A stretch of 64,000 nucleotides of DNA from an uncultured Methanosarcinales archaeon. Lineage in GTDB: Archaea > Nanobdellota > Nanobdellia > Woesearchaeales > CAYZNE01. Location of the stretch: the NCBI GenBank assembly GCA_964405295.1, contig CAYONI010000002.1, forward strand, positions 59,133 to 123,132, read 5' to 3'. Both the position numbers and the translations under genes were made by a program. Each line of letters starts with the position of its first letter. Position 1 is the first letter of the stretch. Below the pieces are notes generated by a model. It was not told where the DNA came from. It ran no database searches and saw only the letters and a program-made list of their open reading frames with translations. Shown in pieces: positions 30,048 to 40,767 of this stretch.

Positions 30048-32261
30048 ATGGCAAAAGCAATAAAGGGTTATGAACTAATAATCGCTGAGAAGCCAAGTGC
30101 AGCAAAAAAGATTGCTGAAGCTTTGTCAACATCGAAAATCATAACAAATAAAGCTCAAGGAGTTACTGACTATTCTATTTCTCATGGTGATAAAGATATT
30201 GTTGTTGTCAATGCAGTAGGTCACCTTTATGGTTTAAAACAAATTGATGGAGCTAAAAAAGATTATCCGGTATTCAATATTGAATGGGCTCCTTCATCTC
30301 AAGTTAATAAGAATAGTACTTACACAACAAAATATCTTGCAAGAATAAAAAAACTTGCAAAAGACGCTAAAGATTTTACTGTTGCAACAGACTATGATGT
30401 AGAAGGTGAAGTTATTGGTATGAATATCATAAGGTATGCATGTAAAAAGAAAGATGCAAACAGAATGAAATTTTCTACAACAACAAAAGCAGATCTTGTT
30501 AAAGCATATGAAGGTAAATTTAAAACTCTTGATTGGGGTCAAGCTTTTGCCGGAGAAACAAGACATAAACTTGATTGGTTTTATGGAATCAACATTTCAA
30601 GAGCTTTAACTCAAGCAATAAGTGAGCAAGGAAGATTTAAGTTAATGTCTACTGGTAGAGTGCAGGGACCATTATTAAAGCTTCTTGTTGATAAAGAAAA
30701 ATCAATAAGTGCATTTATACCTGTTCCTTATTGGGAATTAAGCATTGAAGTTAATAAAAATAAAGATAAACTAATTGCTCTCCATAAAAAGGATAAGTTC
30801 TTTGATAAAGCTGAATTTACTAAAATAAAAATTAAGTTGAAGGGTGTTACAGAGGCTGTTGTTGATAAAATAGACCAGAGAGAGGTTAAACAAGTTCCCC
30901 CAAATCCGTTTGATCTTACATCTTTACAGATTGAGGCATTTAGGTGTTTTAGGATTTCACCGAAAGAAACACTTTCAATTGCACAAGAGCTCTACACAAA
31001 TTCTTATATTTCTTATCCAAGAACAAGTTCTAATCAGTTACCTAAGGAAATAGGTTATAAAAAAGTTCTTAATGCACTTGCAAAGAATATTGAATATAAG
31101 AAATTAGTTTCTGAATTATTAGCTTCACAAAAAACACTTTTGCCAAACAATGGGAAAAAGAATGATCCTGCCCATCCTGCAATTTATCCAACAGGTGAGC
31201 TTCCAAGGACTATTAAAGATAGAGAGAAAAAAGTTTACGATCTTATTGTTAAAAGATTTATTGCAACATTTTCTGATACTGCAATTAGAAAAAGTCTAAA
31301 AATTACTTTTAATGCAAAAGAAGAAAACTTCTTTTTGAAAGGAACAACTACTAAGGTTAAGGCTTGGCATAACTTCTATGCACCTTATGTTAATGTTAAA
31401 GATAAAGAGCTTCCTGTATTTAAGAAAGCAGAAGTTGTCAAGGTTTCAAAACTAATCGATGAGCAGAAGGATACTCTTCCTCCAAAAAGGTATACTCAGG
31501 CAAGTATAATTAAGGAGTTAGAGAAAAGAAATCTTGGAACAAAGGCAACAAGGGCGTCTATTATTGATACTCTTTTTCAAAGGCGATATCTTGAAGGAAA
31601 ACCAATTGCAGTTACAGAAGTGGGAATGCAAACAGCTGATATTCTTGAAAAATTTTGTCCAGAAATACTTGATGAAGAATTAACTAGAAAATTCGAAGAA
31701 GAAATGGAAGAAATACGTAGTAAAAAGAAAACTGAAGATCAAGTATTAGATAAAGCAAAAATAATTATAAAAAAAACTGTTTCTCATTTTGATGCCAAAA
31801 AAGCAAAAGTTGGAGACGCATTGATAAGTGCAGATGATGCTCAAAGAAAAGCTGAAAGTTATTATGGGCCTTGCCCTGAATGTAAAAAAGGTAATTTAAC
31901 AACAAAAAGAGGAAGATTTGGTTTGTTCTTGGGTTGTTCTACATATCCTGATTGTAAAAAAACAATGGCTTTTCCAAAAGGTGCATTAGTCAAGTATGCA
32001 GGAAGGCAATGTGAGTTATGCAATCACCCAGTTGTTATGATTATAAGAAAAGGTAAGCGCCCAATGGAAGCATGTATTAATCCCGATTGCCCTTCAAGAA
32101 AAGAAGAGCAAGATAAATTAAAAGAGCACGAGGGAGAAAAATGTCCTAAGTGTGATAAGGGAAAATTAATTCTTAGAAAAGGGGCTTTTGGTTCTTTCTT
32201 AGCTTGTGATCAATTTCCTAAGTGTAAATATATAAAGAATGATATTAAAAAGAAAGAGTAA
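30048..32261 (+). CDS. topA: DNA topoisomerase I (type IA) with C-terminal zinc ribbons
   Basis: Toprim domain at the N-terminus, active-site region with Tyr, and three C4 zinc-ribbon repeats (CPECKKG..C..C, etc.). Confidence 0.9.
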   Translation: MAKAIKGYELIIAEKPSAAKKIAEALSTSKIITNKAQGVTDYSISHGDKDIVVVNAVGHLYGLKQIDGAKKDYPVFNIEWAPSSQVNKNSTYTTKYLARIKKLAKDAKDFTVATDYDVEGEVIGMNIIRYACKKKDANRMKFSTTTKADLVKAYEGKFKTLDWGQAFAGETRHKLDWFYGINISRALTQAISEQGRFKLMSTGRVQGPLLKLLVDKEKSISAFIPVPYWELSIEVNKNKDKLIALHKKDKFFDKAEFTKIKIKLKGVTEAVVDKIDQREVKQVPPNPFDLTSLQIEAFRCFRISPKETLSIAQELYTNSYISYPRTSSNQLPKEIGYKKVLNALAKNIEYKKLVSELLASQKTLLPNNGKKNDPAHPAIYPTGELPRTIKDREKKVYDLIVKRFIATFSDTAIRKSLKITFNAKEENFFLKGTTTKVKAWHNFYAPYVNVKDKELPVFKKAEVVKVSKLIDEQKDTLPPKRYTQASIIKELEKRNLGTKATRASIIDTLFQRRYLEGKPIAVTEVGMQTADILEKFCPEILDEELTRKFEEEMEEIRSKKKTEDQVLDKAKIIIKKTVSHFDAKKAKVGDALISADDAQRKAESYYGPCPECKKGNLTTKRGRFGLFLGCSTYPDCKKTMAFPKGALVKYAGRQCELCNHPVVMIIRKGKRPMEACINPDCPSRKEEQDKLKEHEGEKCPKCDKGKLILRKGAFGSFLACDQFPKCKYIKNDIKKKE

Positions 32262-32271
32262 TCCTGTTTTA

Positions 32272-33900
32272 TCATATTAGAAAATCATCGTTGTCTTCTT
32301 TTCCTTCTTTTTCAGAAGATTCTTTTTTTTGCTCTGGTTCTTCATCCCAGAGAATATTTTTTTCTTTTGTTTCTGGTTCATCAAGTAAGCTTATCGGCTC
32401 TGAATTTGTAATATTTGACTCTTCTTGTATACTAGGTTGCTCATTTGCATTCTCTTTATGATTTTCTGTTTTTTGCTCAAATGATTGTTCTTTTTGGGGC
32501 ACAAGTTCTTCTTTGCTATTAAGTTGCTCGCTTGTATTCTCTGTTGTTTCCATTAGTTCGTTTAGAGGTTTGTTTGAATCTAATATATTTGTGTAATCTT
32601 TCTTTTCTTCTTTTCGTTGAGAAGTCGTTTCGTGTAATGTTTCTTTTTCTTCTTCAACTGCAAACTCTTTAGTTTTTTCTTCTTGATTTTCTTGTTCTAC
32701 AACCGAATTTTCTGTATTAGGATCATCTTGATTTTCTTGTTCTAATTCATTATTCAACTTTTTTGTTTCAGTCTCTATAGGGGTATTTATTATATCTACA
32801 TTTGGTTCTACTCTATCAAATTCTTCTTTTTCTTCTTCATAGTCTTCTTTCAATATTGTTTCTTCTGGTTCTTCATCTATTTCATTTGTTTCTTCTGTTT
32901 CCCCACTAAGAAAATTTATTTTTATTTTTATTTTATCAAAATAGTCTTTTTGAAGATCAATTGTGTTTGAAACGTGCATTGCTTTTATTTGACCATCTGT
33001 TATTGTAAATATCATTTGAACTTTTTTCTCTAATAAAACTCCTGCTTTTTTAGTTAATCTTGCAATTTCACCAATAATTGCGTCATTAAGAATAAAGTCA
33101 TTTATTTGGCATTCAACTCTTTTATTTTCTCCGTTTTCAGAAATATTTTTGAACTTTTGTTTGCCTGCAACACTTGAAATTAATTTTAATGTATCCCTAT
33201 CGATTATGTATTGATCTGGTTTTACTTCTTCGTCTGGATTTTCAATATCCTTTATATTAATTGTTCCAGGAAATGTAAAAACTTTTAGAGAGCTCTCTTT
33301 CTGTTGGGTTTTATTTACACAGCATAGTGCAGTTGCAGATACAGATTCTTCTTTTTGTATTATTATTGCAATTGAGAATTTTTTGTCTATATTTGAATTC
33401 AACCTATAGCTTATTTCTTCAATAGAGAAATAGTGCGCATAAATTTCTTTTATTTTTTCTTCTATAGAGCTTTTCTCTATTCCTAAGATTATTACCGGAG
33501 CAGTTACATAGTTTGTACTACCTATAAGGTTTACTTTGTGTCCTGGATTATCAAGTAAGTCATTTGCTCTAACATTTGATTTCCATGGAAGTGTTTCATA
33601 AGCATCATTTAAATTTTCTTTAAGTTTCTCAGAAAAATCGCAACTCTTTATTGCATTGGTTATTGTTTCAGAAATTTCTTTTACTTGAGTGGTATCTATT
33701 TTTTCATTTATATTTTGTAATAAAGAATCAATTCTGTTCTTGACAGTATTATCTTTAAGTAGTTCTTCATAGAAGCTGTTAAGAATAACAATTCCAAAGT
33801 TTGTATTAAATTCAAAGTTATAAATACTAGATAAATCTTTTGCAATAAAACCTACTTCTGTTGTAGGATAAGAGTTTGCTAACTTAATTGATTTAATCAT
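32272..33900 (-). CDS. PPDK_N / PEP-utilising-enzyme N-terminal (ATP-grasp-like) domain protein with long acidic low-complexity tail
   Basis: Segments IAIIIQKEESVSATALCCVNK, YIIDRDTLKLI and RLTKKAGVLLEKKVQMIFTITDGQIKAM resemble the PEP synthase/PPDK N-domain. The last ~200 aa are E/K/N/Q-rich. Confidence 0.45.
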   Translation of the reverse strand: MIKSIKLANSYPTTEVGFIAKDLSSIYNFEFNTNFGIVILNSFYEELLKDNTVKNRIDSLLQNINEKIDTTQVKEISETITNAIKSCDFSEKLKENLNDAYETLPWKSNVRANDLLDNPGHKVNLIGSTNYVTAPVIILGIEKSSIEEKIKEIYAHYFSIEEISYRLNSNIDKKFSIAIIIQKEESVSATALCCVNKTQQKESSLKVFTFPGTINIKDIENPDEEVKPDQYIIDRDTLKLISSVAGKQKFKNISENGENKRVECQINDFILNDAIIGEIARLTKKAGVLLEKKVQMIFTITDGQIKAMHVSNTIDLQKDYFDKIKIKINFLSGETEETNEIDEEPEETILKEDYEEEKEEFDRVEPNVDIINTPIETETKKLNNELEQENQDDPNTENSVVEQENQEEKTKEFAVEEEKETLHETTSQRKEEKKDYTNILDSNKPLNELMETTENTSEQLNSKEELVPQKEQSFEQKTENHKENANEQPSIQEESNITNSEPISLLDEPETKEKNILWDEEPEQKKESSEKEGKEDNDDFLI

Positions 33901-33986
33901 AATATAGAATATGTAGTTTAAGTATATAAGTTTTGTGGATTTTTAGAAGAAATTATAATAAAAAATAAAAAAAAAGAAATAAGTTA

Positions 33987-35942
33987 CTATTTCTTTGCAG
34001 GTATTAAAATAACTACGATAACTCCAATCATTACAACTATTAAAATAATCAATAGTACCAATACCGAAGTGTCACTTCCAAAGAAGCCTGACTTGATTGG
34101 TTCACCATATGCTGCATCATTTGGTAGAGGCGCAATTGGGCTTGTATTGATAGTAGTTGTTGGTGTGTTTGGAATAGTAGGTGTAGTTGTTGTAGTTGTA
34201 CCTTCAGTAACTGTTAATAAAATTGATTCAATGTCACTTTCATCATCAGTATCTGTGTAAGTTGTAACTTGTATTAAATATTCACCTGTTTCTGCATCTG
34301 AGGGAATACTTAAACTTACAGTTCTAGTAAGATCATCTCCTTCTTCAACATCAAATGGTCCAATTAATTTGACATAGTCAAGTGCATCACTTTCTATTTT
34401 GATGTAGATTTCGTCTTCATCATTTGAACCAACATTTTCAATATCAATTTCAAGTTCAGCACTTCTTCCTGCTTTAACCGAGCTAGATAAAAATACTAGA
34501 TCTTGGATTTTGATAAGATGGTTTGGTCTATCAACATTTAGTGTGAACTCAAATATGATTTCGTGTTCTGCACCATTTTCATCTTCACCAGTAACAGTGA
34601 TTACTGCATCAACTATACCATCATCTTCATCTGAAGGGATATCAAATTCAAATTCAATATCACTACCAGTATCATCTCCGTCTTCTAGGTCTTCATCATA
34701 ATCCATATCGTCTTCGATGTCAAGATCGTCAATTAATATTTCAACATTTATGTCCCCATCATCAAATTGATATTCATTACCAACATTTTCAATTTCAATT
34801 GTTAAAGTTATTTCATCTTCAACATCAACGTCAATTTCTTCTCCTTCACTAACTGTTTCATCATCACCAGAAACATCAATTTCAACTTCATTGATTTCTA
34901 AAAGTGATTCAGTTATTAAATAAATTGTTTCAGTTGTTTGTGAAACAGAGTTATAGTTGATATTTAGAGTTCCAATATCTTCATTACCTGAGTTTTGATC
35001 TTCAGGAATATAGACTCTTGCTCTAAAGCTTGTTGAAGCTCCGGGTAAAAGGCTAGATGCGGGTGTAACTTCTATTGTGAAATTATAATCACCACTGATA
35101 CCAACTGCTTCAATATTCAAACCTGTAATTGGGTCGCTTCCTGTATTAGTTATTGTAAATTGTTCTGAAGTAACTGTTTCTCTTTCTTGAGAATTACTTC
35201 CAAACTCAACATCTTCAACAGCGATATGTAACCCTTCTTGGATTGCGCTAGCTTCGAAATTTTGACTAACAGTATCAATTCCATCACTAAGACTAAAAGT
35301 TACACTTCTAGATGCAGCAGCCACAATTGGGCTCCAAGTAATATTTACAATGCTTAGGCTTGCAAGTGTTGCTGTCATTCCAGCAGGTTGATTAGTTAAA
35401 TCAAATGTTAATTCATCACCTTCAAAGTCATTAATTGTAATTAATTCTGTTTGAGTTTCTCCAACAAATAATTCAAAATCAGATATTTGTGTCATAGTTG
35501 GAACAATATTTGCAATAACATTAATTGTTACATCATGTATAACTCTAGTTGTTGAAGCACCGCCGATTGCAGGAGTTTCGTTAACTTCTACATCTGCAGT
35601 ATATGCGCCTAATGGGGCATCACTACTAACAGTGAAAGTTAAATTTGTTTGAACACTTGAGCTAACTGCTACGTTGTCTATAGATACAGGATCAAAAACA
35701 AAAGTGATTTCTCCATCTCTATCGTTGCTAGCGTAAGAGCTAGTTCCAGGTGTAACATAATTTACTATTTGAAATGTTACATTCATTGTTTGAGTATTAC
35801 TATTGCTATAAGTTAATGCTTGAACATCTGATTCTCCATTTCTTAAACTAAATTCATAAGAATCTGCACTAACAATGCTTATCATACTAAGGATAAGTAT
35901 GCTAATAAATATTCCAAGCAAAACTTTGGTTGTTTTTATCAT
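33987..35942 (-). CDS. surface protein with Thr-rich linker and C-terminal membrane anchor
   Basis: Signal peptide, highly acidic repeat modules, a TTTTTTPTIPNTPTTT linker, then a TM plus KK at the C-terminus. Confidence 0.55.
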   Translation of the reverse strand: MIKTTKVLLGIFISILILSMISIVSADSYEFSLRNGESDVQALTYSNSNTQTMNVTFQIVNYVTPGTSSYASNDRDGEITFVFDPVSIDNVAVSSSVQTNLTFTVSSDAPLGAYTADVEVNETPAIGGASTTRVIHDVTINVIANIVPTMTQISDFELFVGETQTELITINDFEGDELTFDLTNQPAGMTATLASLSIVNITWSPIVAAASRSVTFSLSDGIDTVSQNFEASAIQEGLHIAVEDVEFGSNSQERETVTSEQFTITNTGSDPITGLNIEAVGISGDYNFTIEVTPASSLLPGASTSFRARVYIPEDQNSGNEDIGTLNINYNSVSQTTETIYLITESLLEINEVEIDVSGDDETVSEGEEIDVDVEDEITLTIEIENVGNEYQFDDGDINVEILIDDLDIEDDMDYDEDLEDGDDTGSDIEFEFDIPSDEDDGIVDAVITVTGEDENGAEHEIIFEFTLNVDRPNHLIKIQDLVFLSSSVKAGRSAELEIDIENVGSNDEDEIYIKIESDALDYVKLIGPFDVEEGDDLTRTVSLSIPSDAETGEYLIQVTTYTDTDDESDIESILLTVTEGTTTTTTPTIPNTPTTTINTSPIAPLPNDAAYGEPIKSGFFGSDTSVLVLLIILIVVMIGVIVVILIPAKK

Positions 35943-36266
35943 TATTTTCCCCCCTAATTTTAATTTTAATTAATATAAAATTTAATTAAGTAATTAAAAG
36001 AATGTAGTAATATATTCTTTATAAGTTTTTCCCTTTAGAGTGGTAATAACCTTCTTTTGTTTATAAGTATTTGTATGGTGTAGTATATACTTTTTTAGTC
36101 AATTTTTGCTATTTTTTTAGGTATTGAAGAGACTTGTTTATGATTGTAGCCTTGTTTGTCCTCTAAATTGTCATAAAATAATAACAAAAATTTTATAAAC
36201 AACCTTGCTCTAGTTCTATTATATTTAAGAGGTGTTATTTAAACTTGATTAGTTGGGGGCATATTT

Positions 36267-37709
36267 ATGAAGGTTAGTTCAAAATTATTAATATTTTCAT
36301 TATTGTTTACATTAGTTCTATTTACACCTGTTTTTGCAGCAAGCACATTTGATGTAACTATAGATCCAATTAATAAAGATATTTACCCTGATGAATATGC
36401 TGAATTTTCAATTACAATTAATAATACTCTTGATTCAAGAGAAACTTTCACAGTAACTTCAACAAACACTTGGATTTACAATCTTGATGAGAAATTTGTT
36501 AATTTAGAAGTTAATGAATCAGTTACATCTACTTTTTACATAAAACCAAAAGGGGTCATTCCTGCAGGAAAGGGATATAATTTACCTTTGGAAATTGGTG
36601 CGGTTTTAAAAGGAACATCTAAAAATTTTTATTTACCAGTATATTTGAAATCTTATGATGTTGAATATAAAGAATATGTTCCATCTTTGAACCTTTATTC
36701 TGAATATATTGAAAATGTTGATCCAAATGAAGGATTTAAACTAAAATTAAGGTTAAGAAATAGAAATGCACTTGATATAACAAATATGAAAGTTGTTGTT
36801 GATGGAGAGATATTCTATAAAGAATTTCAAGAAACATTATTGCCACAACAAGAAAAATCCATTCAGGTTAATTTTGATCTAGACCCTTATCAAGAGCCAG
36901 GGCAACACCCATTAGATGTCAAATTAATCATTAATAATAGAACTTATGCTTCTTTGACAGAATCTTATAATATTAAACAAGTAAGTAATGTGCAAGTTTC
37001 ACAAGAAAAATCAAGAGAATTCCTTAGAACATTATATGCTATTAATGTAGTAAATAATGGTAATATACGTTCTACAAAGTCAATTGAAATGCAGAAAAAT
37101 TGGATTGAAAGGATATTTCTGAGAGCAGATAGTGAATATGAAGTATCTAGTAGTGATGGAAAAGCAGTTGTTAAATGGACTGTAGAATTAGATCCTAAAG
37201 AGGAATTAACAATTACAATTTCAAATAATTATAGGGTTTTATTTGCAATAATCCTTGTTATAATTATAATCATCTATCTTTATTATAATTTAAGAAGTGA
37301 GGTTGTTGTTAAGAAAAAAGCAACTGTTCTTCATAAAAAAAGTATTGAAGGTGTATCTAGGATAAAGATAAAACTGTTCATAAAAAATAGAACTTCAAAA
37401 AAACTTCATGATGTTGAAGTTCGTGAAAAGGTTTCTAAACTAACTGATTTAGTTGAAGAAAAGCATTCTCTTGGTTCATTAAGACCTTCTAAAGTAATAA
37501 AAGGGAAGAAAGCTACACTGGTAAAATGGAATCTTGAGCACCTTGAGCCTTATGAAGAAAGAATAATAACTTATAAGCTTGAATCAAAACTTAAACTTGT
37601 TGGAAGTGTCCAATTTCCAAGAACGATTATTAAGTTTAAGAATCTTGATGGAAAGATTTGTAGAACTGGGTCTAATAAGCCAACTCTTTCTTTGTCAAAG
37701 AAGTTATAG
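36267..37709 (+). CDS. type I membrane surface protein (hypothetical)
   Basis: Signal peptide, a ~330 aa ectodomain, a TM (ILVIIIIIYLYY), and a basic cytoplasmic tail. Confidence 0.45.
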   Translation: MKVSSKLLIFSLLFTLVLFTPVFAASTFDVTIDPINKDIYPDEYAEFSITINNTLDSRETFTVTSTNTWIYNLDEKFVNLEVNESVTSTFYIKPKGVIPAGKGYNLPLEIGAVLKGTSKNFYLPVYLKSYDVEYKEYVPSLNLYSEYIENVDPNEGFKLKLRLRNRNALDITNMKVVVDGEIFYKEFQETLLPQQEKSIQVNFDLDPYQEPGQHPLDVKLIINNRTYASLTESYNIKQVSNVQVSQEKSREFLRTLYAINVVNNGNIRSTKSIEMQKNWIERIFLRADSEYEVSSSDGKAVVKWTVELDPKEELTITISNNYRVLFAIILVIIIIIYLYYNLRSEVVVKKKATVLHKKSIEGVSRIKIKLFIKNRTSKKLHDVEVREKVSKLTDLVEEKHSLGSLRPSKVIKGKKATLVKWNLEHLEPYEERIITYKLESKLKLVGSVQFPRTIIKFKNLDGKICRTGSNKPTLSLSKKL

Positions 37710-37761
37710 TTTGGTTTATGGTGGATAGTAATCACGATAAAAATAGAAGATTTTTATTTTT

Positions 37762-38244
37762 CTAGTTTATTTCTTGTATTTCCCAAATGGCACTGCTTAT
37801 ACATTTAATGGGTTCTACTTCAGTAATGTTTATATTAAAGTATTTAGTTCTTACTTCTTTTAATTGTAATGCCTCATTTTTATAACCATTATTTTCTAAT
37901 TCTTGAATTAAATAGTTAAATAAAAGAGGATTTTTAATTGGGAATTTTGTAGTGCAAATCAATTGTTCGATCGGGTTGTTTCCTGATACTGCATCCATAA
38001 CATGAAAATAGAATTTTTCTAAATATTCTGTTTCTCCATTAGATAGGTTATGAAAGTTTTTAATATTCGGTACTATTTTTTTTAGCTTTTCCGGTAATCT
38101 GTTTGTTTGATTAGTTACAATAGCATAATCTATCAAACATTTGAAACATTTTGAAGTATTAGAATTTGCTTCATCTATTTTAATACCTTCAAATGTTAAA
38201 TTATTTAATGATTTTCTTTCTGTTATTATTTTTTTATTCGACAT
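37762..38244 (-). CDS. hypothetical protein
   Basis: 160 aa ORF without motifs. Confidence 0.3.
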   Translation of the reverse strand: MSNKKIITERKSLNNLTFEGIKIDEANSNTSKCFKCLIDYAIVTNQTNRLPEKLKKIVPNIKNFHNLSNGETEYLEKFYFHVMDAVSGNNPIEQLICTTKFPIKNPLLFNYLIQELENNGYKNEALQLKEVRTKYFNINITEVEPIKCISSAIWEIQEIN

Positions 38245-38337
38245 TGCAAATAATTAGATTTTAGTTTGCTATTTAAATCTTTGGTTTCTGGTTTTAACCT
38301 AATAACTTTTATAAAGCAGTTCTGTTTGGTAATTTAT

Positions 38338-39393
38338 ATGGGATTATTTGATGACATGTTGAATTCTGATGAATCTTTAATAATAGATGATAATCCTTTA
38401 GACTATGAATTTGTTCCAAAGATGATACAATATAGGGAGGACGAGCAATTTCATGTTGCAAACTCTTTTAAGCCTTTGTTTCACGGAAGATCTGGAAGAA
38501 ATCTTTTGGTTTATGGTCCGCCAGGAATTGGAAAATCTGTTGCGATAAGAAATGTTCTTAATGAATTAGAATCAGAGACAGATAACGTAAATGTTTTTTT
38601 TATTAATTGTTGGCAACATAATACCACATATAAAATCTTAATTGAAATTAGTAATCTTTTCGGGTATCATTTTACCCAGAATAAAAAAACAATTGATTTG
38701 TATAAATTATTAGAAATTAAACTTAACACTAAACCATGCATTTTTGTATTTGATGAAATTGATAGAACAACAGATATTGATTTTCTGTATTTTATTCTAG
38801 AAAAGATTTTACACAAAAGTATTGTCTTAATAACAAATTATCCTTCTTGGTTGAATGATCTTGATGAAAGAATTAAGTCAAGGCTTATGGCAGGTCTTCT
38901 CGAATTTAAAGAATATGATTTTAAAGAAACAGAAGGTATTTTACAAGATAGAATGGGCCATGCATTTTCTGTTGGTTCTTGGGAAGAGGATGCGTTTAAA
39001 TTAGTTGCAAAAAAAACCTCTGAAATAAATGATATAAGAACAGGATTATTTTTGTTAAAAGAATCTGGATTGAATGCAGAAGAAAAAGGTTCTAGAAAAA
39101 TAACTTCTTTAAATGTAGCTTCTGCATTAAATAAACTTGAAAATTTCACAATAAAAAAAGCAGATTCTCTTGATGAAGAAACAAGAAAGGTTTTTGAAAT
39201 AGTTAGAGCTAATTCTGGTTCAAAGATTGGTGATTTATTTAAGTTATACACTGATGATGGTGGTTCTTCATCTTACAAAACTTTTCAAAGAAGGATTTCA
39301 AAGCTCGGTGAAGGAAAATTTGCTTCTTTAACCAAGCAAACTGGTAAAGGTGGTAATACCACAATTGTTGAGCTTGTTGGTAAAAAACAGTAG
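38338..39393 (+). CDS. orc1: Orc1/Cdc6 replication initiator
   Basis: Walker A GPPGIGKS, Walker B FVFDEIDR, and a C-terminal winged helix; ATG at 38338. Confidence 0.85.
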   Translation: MGLFDDMLNSDESLIIDDNPLDYEFVPKMIQYREDEQFHVANSFKPLFHGRSGRNLLVYGPPGIGKSVAIRNVLNELESETDNVNVFFINCWQHNTTYKILIEISNLFGYHFTQNKKTIDLYKLLEIKLNTKPCIFVFDEIDRTTDIDFLYFILEKILHKSIVLITNYPSWLNDLDERIKSRLMAGLLEFKEYDFKETEGILQDRMGHAFSVGSWEEDAFKLVAKKTSEINDIRTGLFLLKESGLNAEEKGSRKITSLNVASALNKLENFTIKKADSLDEETRKVFEIVRANSGSKIGDLFKLYTDDGGSSSYKTFQRRISKLGEGKFASLTKQTGKGGNTTIVELVGKKQ

Positions 39394-39492
39394 TTCTTAG
39401 TCAGTATACGTTTATCGGCCATAACTCCATAGTTTTTTTAAATAATAGGGTATTGATATACAAATAGGGGAACTACTTTACACTAATATAGA

Positions 39493-39765
39493 ATGGATGG
39501 CGGATTAGATTTTAATGAAATTATGCGTATTCAGAATCTTATGGCAACTAGCATTGCTGATGAGTCTGAGGTAAACGATAAATTAAAGATAATTGATATA
39601 ATTAATCAGTTAACTGGTAAAAAGAAGTTTGTACAAGTAGAAGAAGTCATAGTTGAAGCGAATTATCAATCTATTTCTGAGAGTTCCACACTGCATTTTC
39701 TTGATGAATTAAACAGTGATAATGTTATAATTATTGTTGATGGCCGAGTTAAGATGAATTACTAA
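39493..39765 (+). CDS. hypothetical protein
   Basis: 90 aa acidic ORF. Confidence 0.3.
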   Translation: MDGGLDFNEIMRIQNLMATSIADESEVNDKLKIIDIINQLTGKKKFVQVEEVIVEANYQSISESSTLHFLDELNSDNVIIIVDGRVKMNY

Positions 39766-39806
39766 CCATTAGATTTATAAATAAATCGAGGTTCTCTGAC
39801 TATATT

Positions 39807-40082
39807 ATGGTAGCAGGCAAATTTAAATCAAGAACCTTCAGAAGAGTAAAGATTACTACTCCTGGTGGCGAGAATAAGATCTCCTATAGGCATAGAAAGC
39901 CAGCAACTCCTAAATGTGGTAGTTGTGGTGCAGTCCTAAAGGGTGTGCCGAGGGCAAGAAAGTCAGAAATAGTTAATATGCCTAAAACTGCTAAAAGACC
40001 TGAAAGGCCTTATGGTGGTGTTTTATGCAGTAAATGTATGAGGGCTAAAATTAAAGATCAAGCAAGACAAACTAAAATTTAA
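39807..40082 (+). CDS. rpl34e: 50S ribosomal protein L34e
   Basis: C4 zinc ribbon CGSCG...CSKC and conserved RTFRRVKITTPGG. Confidence 0.85.
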   Translation: MVAGKFKSRTFRRVKITTPGGENKISYRHRKPATPKCGSCGAVLKGVPRARKSEIVNMPKTAKRPERPYGGVLCSKCMRAKIKDQARQTKI

Positions 40083-40159
40083 GTCTTATAATTAGTTTGT
40101 TTCTCAGATGTGTTTGGCAACAAGCATCATTCTCATGAGAAACAAGGAGGTAAATTAAA

Positions 40160-40618
40160 ATGTTTGAACCTGGAAGATTATGCGTAAAAATTGCAGGAAG
40201 AGACGCAGGTAAAACTTGTGTTATAGTTAAAAGAGTTGATGATTTAATTGTTTTAATCGACGGTGAAACAAGAAGAAGAAAGTGTAACATTCGACATCTT
40301 GAACCATTAGAAAAAACTGTTAACTTAAATGAAGATGCTTCTCATGATGAAGTAAAAGCGGTTTTTGAAAAACTTGGCTTAGTTGCAAGAGATACAAAAC
40401 CAAAAAAAGTAACTGAAAGAGCTAAGAAACAGCATAAGAAAAAAGTTAAGCCTGTTAAAACATCTAAGGTGGAAAAGAAGAAGGCAGTGAAAAAGGTTGC
40501 TGCTAAAAAAACTGAAGCTCCTGTTGTTGAAAAAGCTCCTAAAATTGAAGAGAAAGTTGAAGCAAAAACTTCCTCAGATGCAGCTGCAGCTTATGTTAAA
40601 GACGAAGCTAAGAAGTAA
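40160..40618 (+). CDS. rpl14e: 50S ribosomal protein L14e with Lys/Ala-rich C-terminal extension
   Basis: KOW-like GRLCVKIAGRDAGKTCVIV core. About 70 extra residues of KKVKPVKTSKVEKKKAVKKVAAKK; strong SD AAGGAGGT upstream. Confidence 0.8.
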   Translation: MFEPGRLCVKIAGRDAGKTCVIVKRVDDLIVLIDGETRRRKCNIRHLEPLEKTVNLNEDASHDEVKAVFEKLGLVARDTKPKKVTERAKKQHKKKVKPVKTSKVEKKKAVKKVAAKKTEAPVVEKAPKIEEKVEAKTSSDAAAAYVKDEAKK

Positions 40619-40767
40619 TAGTTCTTTTTTTATTTTCTCTTTATTTAATTTTATTGAATAACTAAAATGTTTAATTTCATTTTTCGGCGCCAATAATAGT
40701 TGTGGATTATTGAACATTTATTTTATTTTCAATAATCTTTTTAAACTCTTATTCTAAATTCTAATGT

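Noticed and set aside
33987-34100. PGF-CTERM/archaeosortase sorting signal on the 651-aa surface protein
   Set aside because: The C-terminus has a Thr-rich linker, TM and KK but lacks the PGF tripeptide (it has SGFFGS). There is no archaeosortase gene in the window.
37710-38337. Replication origin with ORB repeats next to orc1/cdc6
   Set aside because: No repeated ORB or mini-ORB-like motifs or extended AT-rich unwinding element were recognisable in the short flanks. An origin may still be nearby, but the sequence does not show it.
40072-40290. 72-aa minus-strand ORF between rpl34e and rpl14e (where cmk is expected)
   Set aside because: It overlaps the rpl14e start region and SD; no kinase motifs; spurious.
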